Shown here: piece after piece, positions 41,281-53,021 of the stretch | How positions within the stretch are numbered: position 1 is the first letter of the stretch | Layout: each line of letters begins with the position of its first letter | Assembly: GCF_006345805.1 (NCBI RefSeq) | Contig: NC_043009.1 | Span: forward strand, 43,462,001-43,526,000 | Direction of reading: 5' to 3' | DNA length: 64,000 nt | Source: Octopus sinensis | Lineage: Eukaryota | The notes under the pieces: model-generated | Told to the model about the DNA's origin: nothing | The model's input: only the letters and a program-made list of their open reading frames with translations | Database searches by the model: none | Program-made: the position numbers and the translations under genes

Positions 41281-41545
41281 ACACGGTTAGAAATATTGAA
41301 GGAATGTATAGTTATCCAGAGGGATGATATCCTGACGAGGAAGGAATGGGTACTGCAGTTACTGCAAGGTTTTGATTCGATGGTGGACTCAAAGAGGTAA
41401 AGAGATAATGCCCCTAGGTCAGTTCAGGTCTTCCACGACTAGTGATCCTTATGCCGTTAATATTCCTCTTCCATAAGGCGGCGAGCTGGCAGAATCATTA
41501 GCAAGCCGTACGATTAGCTTGATAGAAGTACTTGAGCTAAATTTT

Positions 41546-41922
41546 GGAGGCGCAATGGCCCAGTGGTTAGGGCAGCGGACTCGCGGTCGTAGGATCGCGG
41601 TTTCGATTCCCAGACCGGGTGTTGTGAGTGTTTATTGAGCGAAAACACCTAAAGCTCCACGAGGCTCCTGCAGGGGATGGTGGTGATCCCTGCTGTACTC
41701 TTTCACCACAACTTTCTCTCACTCTTACTTCCTGTTTCTGTTGTACCTGTATTTCAAAGGGCCGGCCTTGTCACTCTCTGTGTCACGCTGAATATCCCCG
41801 AGAACTACGTTAAGGGTACACGTGTCTGTGGAGTGCTCAGCCACTTACACGTTAATTTCATGAGCAGGCTGTTCCGTTGATCGGATCAACCGGAACCCTC
41901 GTCGTCGTAACCGACGGAGTGC
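41546..41922 (+). mobile_element. tRNA(Arg)-like SINE family C, full length
   Basis: A box TGGCCCAGTGG, B box GTTTCGATTCCC; GAGCTAAATTT at 41534-44 and 41947-57 is a probable TSD. Confidence 0.9.
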
Positions 41923-42319
41923 TTCTAAAGGAAGAAGAAAGAAAAAGAGCTAAATTTATTGGCCTCCTTCCCACAATTCCTCCCTGAAGAATGAAAGCCG
42001 GTGTTTATCCAAGGTGGCCAAGCTTGAATTGATGACAATCAAGGTGTATAAAACCAAAAGTGTGATTTCTTTTGTCCCTACATTCTACCGTTTTTGCCAT
42101 TCCACACATTAAAACACCCTAAATAATGAAGATAATAATAACAGAAAGAAATGGTGATTGTTTTTTGTTTTTGTTGTTGTTGTTGTTGTTGTTGTTTTTC
42201 TTTGTTTTTTATTTAATAGATGTCAATGTAAATATAAACTTTAAATATCCATTGGAAAAGAATAGAAAAATAAACAACAGCAAAACACGTGGCATGTATC
42301 GAATAGAGAAAGGGAGAAA

Positions 42320-42376
<57 letters not shown>

Positions 42377-42517
42377 AGGACAGGAAGAAAGAAAGAAACA
42401 ACTAAATAAATAAATAAAGAAAGAAAGACAGAAGGACAGAAAGAACACAAACACATTATGGCAGCATGAGAATTTGGAATTAAAATGGCAACTAGTTTGT
42501 TTCCATTTGGGGAACCC

Positions 42518-42561
<44 letters not shown>

Positions 42562-42584
42562 CGACGACGACGACGACGACGATA

Positions 42585-42615
<31 letters not shown>

Positions 42616-43134
42616 CATGTGTGTAAAGAACAGAAGCCAGTCCCTAACATAGAGTGACCTCTCATTCACTGTGACCTTTCGTTCACAATTAGATTTACCT
42701 CGAATATCACAGCATGACAGAGACTAGTTTTTTGTTTGTTTTTTTGTTTTTTTGTTTTTGTTTTTGTGGCCATTTATAGCAATTTATTCATTTGTTTCCG
42801 AAACAGCCTTTCTCTGCCTCCGCCCTTCTCTCTCTCTCTCTCTCTTTCTCTTACTTCGCTTCCTGGTTTCCGTGTCCAACGTAGGAATTAACCTCGCTGC
42901 TGTTGAGTTAATAAGTTGAGAGGTGTTTCGTGAATGATACTCCTGCTACCTTGGTAGTGCCATTCAGACACCCCTGACCCACTCGTCTTTCACATCTCAT
43001 CCCCGATGGGATGTCTTCAGTCCTACACTAACCATTATTTCAAGTCCTTCCTCCCCAGAATACTGATCCTTCTGGAATGTTTTTCCTCCTTGCATTTGTC
43101 TTTCCTACAACCCCTTTAATGGAATAGGAATATT

Positions 43135-43767
43135 CTTTTCTACTCTAGGCACAAGGTCCGAATGTTTTGTTTTTTTTGGTGGGGGGGGGCAGTCGGTTAG
43201 ATCGACCCCAGTACGCAAGTGGTACTTAATTTATCGATGCAACTGGTACTTAATTTATGAAAGGCAAGGTCAACCTCGGCGGAATTTGAACTCAGAACAT
43301 AAAGATAGACGAAATACCGCTAAGCATTTTGCCTGGCTTGTTAATGATTCTTATTTCTTTACTGCCCGCAAGGGGCTACACACAGAGGGGAAAAACAAGG
43401 ACAGACATAGGTATTAAGTCGATTACATCGACCCCAGTACGCAACTGGTACTTATTTAATCGACCCCGAAAGGATGAAAGGCAAAGTCGACCTCGGCGGA
43501 ATTTGAACTCAGAACGTAGCGGCATACGAAATACCTTATTTCTTTACAACCGACAAGGGGCTACACACAGTGGGGACAAACAAGGACAGGCAAACAGATT
43601 AAGTCGATTATATCAACCCAGTGTGCAACTGGTACTTATTTAATCGACCCCGAAAGGATGAAAGGCAAAGTCAACCTCGGCGGAATTTGAACTCAGAACG
43701 TAACGGCAGACGAAATACCGTTAAGCATTTCACCCGGCGTGCTAACGTTTCTGCCAGCTCGCCGCCA
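43135..43767 (-). mobile_element. SINE family B trimer (tail1-tail1-tail2) flanked by a 17-bp TSD
   Basis: AATGGAATAGGAATATT at 43118-43134 and 43768-43784; three cores. Confidence 0.8.
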
Positions 43768-44396
43768 AATGGAATAGGAATATTAACGGTATAAAGATCC
43801 CTAGTCGTGGAAGACCTGAACTGACCACGGGGCACTATCTCTTTACCTCTTTGAGCCCACCATCCCATCAAAGCCTTGCAGTAACTGCAGTATCCATTCC
43901 TTCCTCGTAAGGATATCATCCCTCTGGATAATTATTACGTGTCTTCCATACTGTGATTGTTTTAGTTTCCAGGTACGACAGAGGCGTGGGCATGTGGTAG
44001 GATCAGAAAAAGCTTCCTCTCTCGGCCCCATTCGACTTATTTTGGACTAGAATTTGAACACAGAACTGTAAGTCAATGAATTATGTAATGGCTGTGTCTA
44101 CACTATATATGCTTCATCAAATTGTGTGCCGGAAAATATAGTAGGTATTCGCCACCTGCTAACGAACGACTCTTCAGATCAGAAAAAGCTTCCTCTCTCG
44201 GCCCCATTCGACTTATTTTGGACTAGAATTCGAACTCAGAACTGTAAGTCAATGAATTATGTAATGGGTGTATTTATTTATTAAGATCTTATCTGTAATC
44301 AATATCTCTCGCTTCTGTCTTCGTATTCATTCATGAAACAAGACAATGTCGACGACGGGCGACAGCAGCAGTGACGACCACTACTCCCTCAATCAA

Positions 44397-44428
<32 letters not shown>

Positions 44429-44432
44429 GCTG

Positions 44433-44465
<33 letters not shown>

Positions 44466-44769
44466 AAGAAAATAATCTCGAAAAGGAAAGGAAAATGAAA
44501 TCCGTGCGGTCTATGAACAAATTGTATGATTATAAGCAAGGACCAACAGAGTTAAACAAGTTTGTTTACAATATATTGTATTTGAGAGAGAAAGAGAGAT
44601 AAAGAGAGACAAAGAGAGAGTGGGAAAAGAGAGATAAACAGAAAGGAGTAGTTAGAGAGAGTGGGGGAGTAGTGAGAGAGAGGAAGATAGTTTGGAGGGA
44701 GAGAGAGAATGGTTGTTGGAGAGAAAGAGAGAGTTAGAATAACAGTTACGCTGAAGGAAGGAGAGACAG

Positions 44770-44819
<50 letters not shown>

Positions 44820-45489
44820 GAAGGAGAGATAGAGAGAGATAAACTAGACTAAAGGGAGGAAAGAAAAACAGAGAGATAGAGAGGGAGTGATAGAGAGAGA
44901 CATAGTTCAAAAGAAAGAAAAATATGGACAAAGCTGAAGGGAAGAAACAAAGGTAGACAGAGAGATAAAAAGGGAGGAAGAGATAGAGAAAGATAACTTG
45001 AGATAGAGAGAGAGGGGTAGGGGGGAGAACGAGAGGGGATAGACAAGGATGAGGATGGAGAGAGAGAGCTGCAGAATGAGAGGGAAAGACAAAGATGATG
45101 ATAAGGAATCTTGTGAAGAAAAGACCTGACCTACACATGTCACTGAACTTGTAGGAGAACAATAGTGATAGCATCCAGAGAAGAACAAAGAGGAAGAGGA
45201 GGAGGAGGAGACGGAGAAGGGGGCGGTGGTGGAAAAGAAGGAGATGAGTAGTAGTAGTAGGAGGAGGAGGAGGATAGTTCAATAGAAATCTAGGATGAAA
45301 GGGTTACAGGCGAGGTGAGGCGGGGAGGATGTGGGGGAACACATACATACATACATACACATACACAATAACAACAACAACAACGGTTATGAAGATGATG
45401 CGGCTGCTGTTGCTGCTGCTGCTGCTGCTGATGATGATGATCATAAGTAGGGCCACTGTAGCAACAGTAGTTAGGAGGAGGGCAATACT

Positions 45490-45538
<49 letters not shown>

Positions 45539-45814
45539 TTCCCCAACAATAGCTTCATTGTCTCAACACAATGCTTGCACGAGATGGAGGTGGCAGCGGA
45601 GGAGGAGGTGATATTCGTGTTGTGTTGTTGTTGTTGTTGTTGTTGGTTGGTGGTGGTGGTGATGGTGGGGACATGAAACAAATGCTTATGATGATGAATG
45701 GTTTACAAAGATTTCTACAGTGTCACAGAATCGGACAATGCTTGGCGATATTGGACAATTAAACGGATGTCATGTTAACCTCTAATTTCTGCTTTAGACG
45801 ATATATATATATAC

Positions 45815-45855
<41 letters not shown>

Positions 45856-45876
45856 AATAGTAAATAATATAATATA

Positions 45877-45935
<59 letters not shown>

Positions 45936-46524
45936 GCATATAAAGGTACATGACATCACCAACGGTGTGCAAACACATGAAATACGTAACGTATATTTAT
46001 ATATACATAAACATACACACGTCAGGTATCCGGTAAAAAAAATTAATGAGTGCGTGTGTTATATAAATAATATTTTTAGAATTAAGTAAAAATACAACAA
46101 ACGGAAAATATGAAAAACCTATTATATATATGGAGAGAGAGAGAATTTAAAAAAAGACGTGTAGTAATAAACAAACGAACATATACTAAACACACAGGCG
46201 AATAGGAAACACAGAAGGTCACCAATTCTTCATCAGATATCAGCCAAACGCAATTTCGGCCATTATCGATAATATTACTTCCACTCTGGAGGCACTGACA
46301 AGAAACTTGCTGGGAATGGGACCAGAACATAACAAAACGAGATGTCTTTTTTTTTAATTCTCTCTCTCTCTCCATATATATATATATATATTATATATAT
46401 ATATATATATGTACATATGCCCACAGTCAAATGACTGAAACAAGAGAATATAAGAATATATATATATATAAATATATACACGAATACATACTCATTTATA
46501 CACTTATGAGTGTGTATGCATTCT

Positions 46525-46693
46525 TTTATTCTTATCATTGCTTCAGTCATTTGACTGCGGCCATGCTGGAGCACCGCCTTTAGTTGAACAAATCGACTCG
46601 AGCACTTATTCTTTAAGTTATGGGGACATAAACACATCAACATCGGTTGTCAAGCGACGGTAGGGGATAAACACAGACAAATATATCAAATAT

Positions 46694-46727
<34 letters not shown>

Positions 46728-46890
46728 GACGCGACGGTTTTTTCCGATTTCCGTCTACCAACTCATCTCAGAAGGCATTGGTCGGTCCAAGGCTATAGTA
46801 GAAGACACTTGACCAAGGTGCTATGCAGTGGGACTGAACCCATGACCATGTTGTTGGTAAGCAAGCTTCTTACCACATAGCCACTCCTAT
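46525..46890 (-). mobile_element. SINE family A
   Basis: Tail and head match family A. Confidence 0.8.
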
Positions 46891-48000
46891 ATGTGTGTGT
46901 GTGTGTGTGTATAGTGTTAGGTGTGATGTACAGAAATGGAATATTGAGAAAAAAAATGTCGTCAGAAATTTGGAAAAACTTCTTTTTATTTCTTCATTAT
47001 TATCAACGCTTTCGTCCCTTTCCCGAACTTGTCAAATAAAATTTTGTGAATGTACAAACAGCTTGTTCATTTATATAAAACAGATGTTGCTTGGGGAGAA
47101 CATTTTTTTTTTTTTTTTTTTTGCGGTGAGGTTCCATGACAATGGAGATGGATAGATAGATAGATAGATAGAAATATAGGTAGATAGTAGGTAGGCTGAT
47201 ACATAGATAAGTTTCTTTATTGGCCACACAGGGCTGCACACAGATGGGACAAGTTACAAGGTAGAGCTTTGGGGGGGGGGATGAAAAAAAATAAAAAACA
47301 AAAAACAAAAGAAACAAAAAAAAGGTGGCCTAGGTTTTCGATCAAAAGGGATCGTAAAAGGGAAAAAAAGAACAAAAAATAAAATTTAAAAATAAAAAAA
47401 TAAATAACATAGATAAGTTTCTTTATTGGCCACACAGGGCTGCACACAGATGGGTCAAGTTACAAGGTAGAGCTTTTCTTTTGGGGGATGAAAAAAAATA
47501 AAAAAACAAAAAACAAAAGAAACCAAAAAAAGATGGCGTAGGTTTTCGATCAAAAGAGAAAAAAAGAACAAAAAAATAAAAAATAAATAACATAGATAGA
47601 TAGTTAGACAGATAGGTAGAGGAAGAGAGAGCAAAGGATTATCCCCCTTCGTATTCACCATTTATTTATTTATTTATTTAGTCCTTTACCATTGTATTGG
47701 AATGGGTTTAAGGGATGGTGGCCTCTGCAAAAGAATAAACAAACAGGTGCGGTTTGGTCATCACTGAAAGTCATTTTGCTTTCTTTCTCTCTTTTTCTCT
47801 TTCTTCCTTTTTTCTCTTTCTTCCTTTTTCTCCTCTTCGAGTTATATTTAGAATACAAAAGGTACTGTCTCCACTTCCAAACATCAATTTTGGAGGGAAT
47901 TTTTTGATGAAATGTAGTTCTGCATGAAAGAACATTAGTATTATATTTGCAAATTAATTTAAAAAATAAATAAATAAAATAAAATGAAATATATATATAT

Positions 48001-48465
48001 ATCCTTAAAATCCTTAAAATCCTTAAAAATGTTTTAGCCCGAAGGCCGTGGCCATGCTGGAGCACCACCGCTGAATGAGCTACACTAATATGCGAATCCA
48101 CCTCTGATATGTGGCACTTGATCAACAAGGGAGTTCGATGCTGCTGCCCGCATCTGCGTCTCCTGTCGTGAGGTAGGTTCATCTGGGACTCCCGACAAGA
48201 AGAGATCCAGTTTAGTTTTAAAGAAACCCACATCCACACTATGTAAGTCTCTCAGGCATTTAGGGAGGATGTTAAAGAGCTGTGGTCCTCTGAAACCCAA
48301 GCTGTTGCAGTATCTGGACCTGTATTTTGATGGTGATGTTGGAATCTTTGGCACCATGCAGTGGCGCCCCGTTCTGCGGTTGGGGTAACTTTGAATGCCA
48401 AAGTTTGGGACAAGACCCTCCAGGATTTTCCAGATGTATATCACTGCATATCTCTCCCGCCTCCG
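48001..48465 (-). mobile_element. CR1/L2-group LINE 3' end: ORF2 C-terminus, short 3' UTR and (TTTAAGGAT)-type tail
   Basis: ERRRERYAVIYIWKILEGLVPN...SLGFRGPQLFNILPKCLRDL...FKTKLDLFLSGVPDEP...AASNSLVDQ; the ORF's N-terminal 15 aa come from the adjacent SINE. Confidence 0.8.
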
Positions 48466-48698
48466 CTCTATATATTTCTTTATTACCCACAAGGGGCTAA
48501 ATATAGAGGGGACAAACAAGGACAGACAAACGGATTAAGTCGATTACATCGACCCCACTGCGTAACTGGTACTTAATTTTATCGACCCTGAAAGGATGAA
48601 AGGGGAAGTCGACCTCGGCGGAATTTGAACTCAGAACGTAACGGCAGACGAAATACGGCTACGCATTTCACCCGGCGTGCTAACGATTCTGCCAGCTC
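48466..48698 (-). mobile_element. SINE family B (tail 1) abutting the LINE fragment
   Basis: Matches 16764-16971. Confidence 0.85.
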
Positions 48699-48794
48699 AG
48701 GTAGTGTACAAAACAAACATGTATTAGTATAACGCTCAGGAATATATACATATATATATACATAATATATATATATATATATATATATACTATA

Positions 48795-48871
<77 letters not shown>

Positions 48872-49217
48872 GTCTGTGACGTCCTGCTTTTGTTGTTATT
48901 ATTTTCATTATGTGTTTTACGTATTTTTGAATTTTTATTCGTGTAACGTCGTCTGTTTTCCGTCCTTGTTTTGTATACATTCGAGGCTTTCTTCCAAGGA
49001 ATCTAATGCGCTTGGCTTAGATTTTCCTTTGGGGCTGGCCAGGTCGGAGCAATCTCAAGATTAATCAGCCGAAATTGCGAAGATGATCCGGTTCTTGACT
49101 GAAGATTGAGGGCTTCGAATGTCCCGTCCGTGTGTTCGTCTTCTAATGTTTCACGTTCTTGTCCCAGTTTGTATTTTTTTACTTTTACATATATTTTTAA
49201 AAAATTATATATATATA

Positions 49218-49263
<46 letters not shown>

Positions 49264-49399
49264 GTATATATATATATATATATACATTAGTATAATGAAA
49301 TGTAGTTACATTGCTCTTCGGTATTACGGATCGTCCCGTGTACGTTTAACTGCTCTTTAACTGTCGAAATGTCTTATTGTCGAATATAAACGTATTTTC

Positions 49400-49895
49400 T
49401 TCTAGTACTAGGCGTGTGTGGCCTCGGTGATGAAGTCAGTCTTGAAGCGTTCATCTATCCGTTCTCTCTGTTTCCCTACCCAGTGTTTGATTGTTTCTAG
49501 GTCTAAAGTGTGAGGTATATTAGCATAGAGATTGGTAACTTCTGCGAAAGTGGAAGAGATGTGTTGGATGAAATCTATGCCATCTCGTACATAACTTGGT
49601 ATTAAAGGGCGCAAAGGTTTTAGGAGTATATCTAAAAAATGACTGAGTTGTGTTGGTGCTTGAGGTCCAGCAACTATTGGTCTTAGTTTGAGCTCAGCAG
49701 GCCGTCATATTTTTACATACTGGTTCTTCTGCTTATTTATGGCACTTTGTATAAAAGATTATATATGCAACTCTGTAATCAAAGAGATCAATTTCTACGG
49801 ATTACCCAAAATCCACAAAAGCTCCGAAATACAAAGTGCCATAAATAAGCAGTAGAACCAGTACTTAAAAATACTAAGGCCTGCTGACCTCAAAC
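49400..49895. pseudogene. Penelope-like reverse transcriptase fragment with an internal inversion
   Basis: Minus: RPAELKLRPIVAGPQAPTQLSHFLDILLKPLRPLIPSYVRDGIDFI..NLYANIPH; plus 49783-49895: NFYGLPKIHKSSEIQSAINKQ. Confidence 0.8.
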
Positions 49896-49993
49896 CGCAC
49901 CTTTTTTTTTAAGAGGTCACTATGCTTAAACCCATTCCAATACAATGAGGACTAAATAAATAAATGGTGAATAGGAAGGGGGATACTCCTTCT

Positions 49994-50026
<33 letters not shown>

Positions 50027-50046
50027 ATCTATCTATCTATTTATCA

Positions 50047-50141
<95 letters not shown>

Positions 50142-50287
50142 AACCAGCCTATCTACCTACCTATATTTCTATCTCGCCATCTCCAATTTCATGGAACCTT
50201 ACCACCCACCAAAAAAAAACAAAAAAAAAACAATATTCTCTTCTAAACAAACCCCCCAAAAGACATCTATTTTATATAAATGAACAA

Positions 50288-50361
50288 GCATATGGTGTAG
50301 TTATTAAGAGTGCGGGCTACTAACCCCAAGACTCCGAGTTCGATTCCAGGCAGTGACCTGA

Positions 50362-50425
<64 letters not shown>

Positions 50426-50577
50426 TTAAAAAATACCTTAGGAATGATAACCCAGGTTCGAAATTTCCCCCCAAGACACCTGATGAAGGCTGGAGGGTAT
50501 ATCAGCCGAAACGTTGTGTTAACAACAAACAAGATGAGGACAAATATCTGTCAATTGTAAATAATGTAAATAATGTA
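50288..50577 (+). mobile_element. tRNA-headed SINE-like element with (AAT)n and a hammerhead-motif tail
   Basis: A box-like TGGTGTAGTTA near 50293, B box GTTCGATTCC at 50338-47, HHR motif at 50475-50520. Confidence 0.65.
50475..50520 (+). ncRNA. Minimal type I hammerhead-like motif
   Basis: GACAC-CTGATGA-A-GGCTG(10 nt)CAGCC-GAAA-CG-TT-GTGTT. Confidence 0.55.
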
Positions 50578-50769
50578 TACATAGTTTTAAGAGTTATTTT
50601 TTCTGTGCGACCGAAACCAAATAATCCACCGCTCGATACTGTTCCGTGGTCCGGTGGGTCAGGACGCCTGCCTTAATGGACGAAAAAAATAAAGCTGATT
50701 CGAACTCACTGCATTTCACATTTAATCTAATACTTTAAACAGTCTGCTAATTTGCCGTGTAATATTTCT

Positions 50770-50917
50770 AATTATCGTTTGTCTTTACGTTCTGAGTTCA
50801 AATTCCGTCGAGGTCAATTTTACCTTTCATCTTTTCGTGATCGATAAATTAAGTACCAGTTACATACTGGGGTCGATCTAATCAACTGGTCCCCTCTCCC
50901 AAAGTTTCGGGCCTTGT
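50770..50917 (+). mobile_element. SINE family B (tail 2), fused to the downstream SINE A
   Basis: Core GTTCTGAGTTCAAATTCC; tail ends GGGCCTTGT. Confidence 0.8.
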
Positions 50918-51346
50918 GGCGCAGGAGTGGCTGTGTGGTAAGTAGCTTGCTAACCAACCACATGGTTCCGGGTTCAGTCCCACTGCGTGGCATCTTGGGC
51001 AAGTGTCTTCTGCTATAGCCCCGGGCCGACCAATGCCTTGTGAGTGGATTTGGTAGACGGAAACTGAAAGAAGCCTGTCGTATATATGTATATATATATA
51101 TATGTGTGTGTTTATGTGTTTGTGTATCTGTGTTTGTCCCCCTAGCATTGCTTGACAACCGATGCTGGTGTGTTTACGTCGCCGTCACTTAGCGGTTCGG
51201 CAAAAGAGACCGATAGAATAAGTACTGGGCTTACAAAGAATAAGTCCCGGGGTCGATTTGCTCGACTAAAAGGCGGTGCTCCAGCATGGCCGCAGTCAAA
51301 TGACTGAAACAAGTAAAAGAGTAAAAGAGTAAAGAGTAAAAAGAGT
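50918..51346 (+). mobile_element. SINE family A, full-length reference copy
   Basis: tRNA-like head with GGTTCAGTCCC, core CTTGGGCAAGTGTCTTCT, tail GGCGGTGCTCCAGCATGGCCGCAGTCAAATGACTGAAAC(AAGAGTA)n. Confidence 0.9.
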
Positions 51347-51544
51347 GTCTAGAGTAGAAAAGAATATCCCTAACTACACACATCCAGCTACTACTTCTAT
51401 CAAAATATCGATGTTGGGTGGGGCGGGACACGTCTACTTAATAGATTCAATAACGCTGAGTAACAGGATTTTTGTCCTTGGGTAGCAACTGTTATTTCCT
51501 ATTTGCTTACCCCCAGAAAGTATGTAAAATGCCTAATATTTCCT

Positions 51545-51841
51545 TCAACCTTCAGCTTCTACCACGGCATAAAGACGGCTCTGGATCCTGGCGCATGCGT
51601 TTCTCACTGTGTCTCTGGGAAGATTTTCAAACACGTCATTGACCTTAGCCACCAGCTCAGCCTTGGAGTTGCAGGTAGAGTGCTTGGTGTCATTCTGGAT
51701 CCTGGCGCATGCGTTTCTCACTGTGTCTCTGGGAAGATTTTCAAATACATCATTTACCTTAGCCACCAGCTCGGCCTTGGAGTTGCAAGCAGAGTGCTTG
51801 GTGTCATTCTCAGCCGCACCCCGCACATAATAATCTACCAT
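51545..51841 (-). pseudogene. Mariner/maT-like (DD37D-type) transposase C-terminal fragment with a 114-bp in-frame tandem duplication
   Basis: DYYVRGAAE...LPRDTVRNACARIQSRLYAVVEAEG; repeat units at 51581-51694 and 51695-51808. Confidence 0.75.
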
Positions 51842-53021
51842 TCGCTCTTTCGGGCGTTTTTACATTAAAATCCATGTAAAGTGTCCCTCGTGGCTCAAAA
51901 GGAACAGCACGACTAGGACCAGATTAAGACCCATAGAGGCCCTAAGCACTTAAAAGATTTTGGTGTCCTTTCTATACACACATATATATATATGTGTAAT
52001 TTAAAATATAAACAATAGCACTGTGTAACACGAATTTTGTCCTTGGGTAGCAACTGCCTTTTCCTATTTTCTTACCCCTAGAAAGTATGAAAAATCGCTA
52101 ATATTTCCTTCAAATTTTGCTTTTGTTACATTTATTCAAACCCCAAAGAATCCCTTTCAACGCATGGCTATGATGCTCCCCCATTACACCTGCTCATGAT
52201 CAGATATGCACATATTTTCAGCCACTAAAGGCCATGCTCAAATGGTCAAGGTCAAGCAACTGACAAGCAAATCTGTGGTATTGAGCTGAATATTTGCCAT
52301 AACGATATTTCTGCTTCAGCAACTCAGCGCTGAATCTGTCCGAAATGTAATGGATAATAGGTAAGTTTGAAGAACAGAAAAGCAAAGTTTGAAGGCAATA
52401 GTAGTCGTTTACTTTGATTTCTATATAAAAGCAAATAGGAAATAAGACAAAAAAAAAAGACCAAAGGCAAAAAGAAAAAAAATTGTTACACAGTAAAAAA
52501 TATGAATTTCATTCATTTTTAACTGTAATGGTTTCTAATTTAGACAGAAGAGTTGAAATTTAGGAGATGGAATTAGTCCATGCAACAGGTCCCAGTACTA
52601 GAATGATACTTTATCTTATTGACCTCACTAAAATATCTTTAATAAAAGTAGTATTAATGTGAGCTACGATCACAAGAAACGTTTTACTGCTCCCATAGCC
52701 AGCATAAACAGAAAGCAGTTCAGCGCTCACACGTAAACCCCTTATCATTTACGTAATTGCAACAACCATAACATTGAAGTCAGAAGCTTCATGCATATAG
52801 TATATGTATAAGTATGTGTATATAAGTATGTATAAGTGTGTGTATATGTGTGTAAGCGTGTGTGTAGAGAGAGAGAGAGGGGGAGAGAGAGATAGAGAAA
52901 GAGAGATAGAGAGAGAGAGAGAGAGAGGAAGAGAGGAAGTGAGAGAGGGAGAGAGAGAGATAAAGAGATAGTTATATGTATGTGTAAATAGTAAGTGAAG
53001 CATTTGAGTTTCACGTTGCCG

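Noticed and set aside
41546-41620. tRNA gene calls for SINE heads (also 9924, 50290, 57630-57680)
   Set aside because: No complete cloverleaf; they continue into SINE bodies or are decayed
44003-44268. 88-bp direct repeat with a 176-bp period and CTGAAGA on the minus strand between the copies
   Set aside because: A simple local duplication; GAAAC and stem I are absent
46230-46300. CCGAAATTGCG motifs (also near 49070) as hammerheads
   Set aside because: The core and helix III are too degenerate to support a call
47200-47590. About 200-bp tandem duplication
   Set aside because: An ordinary local duplication with no coding or structural signal
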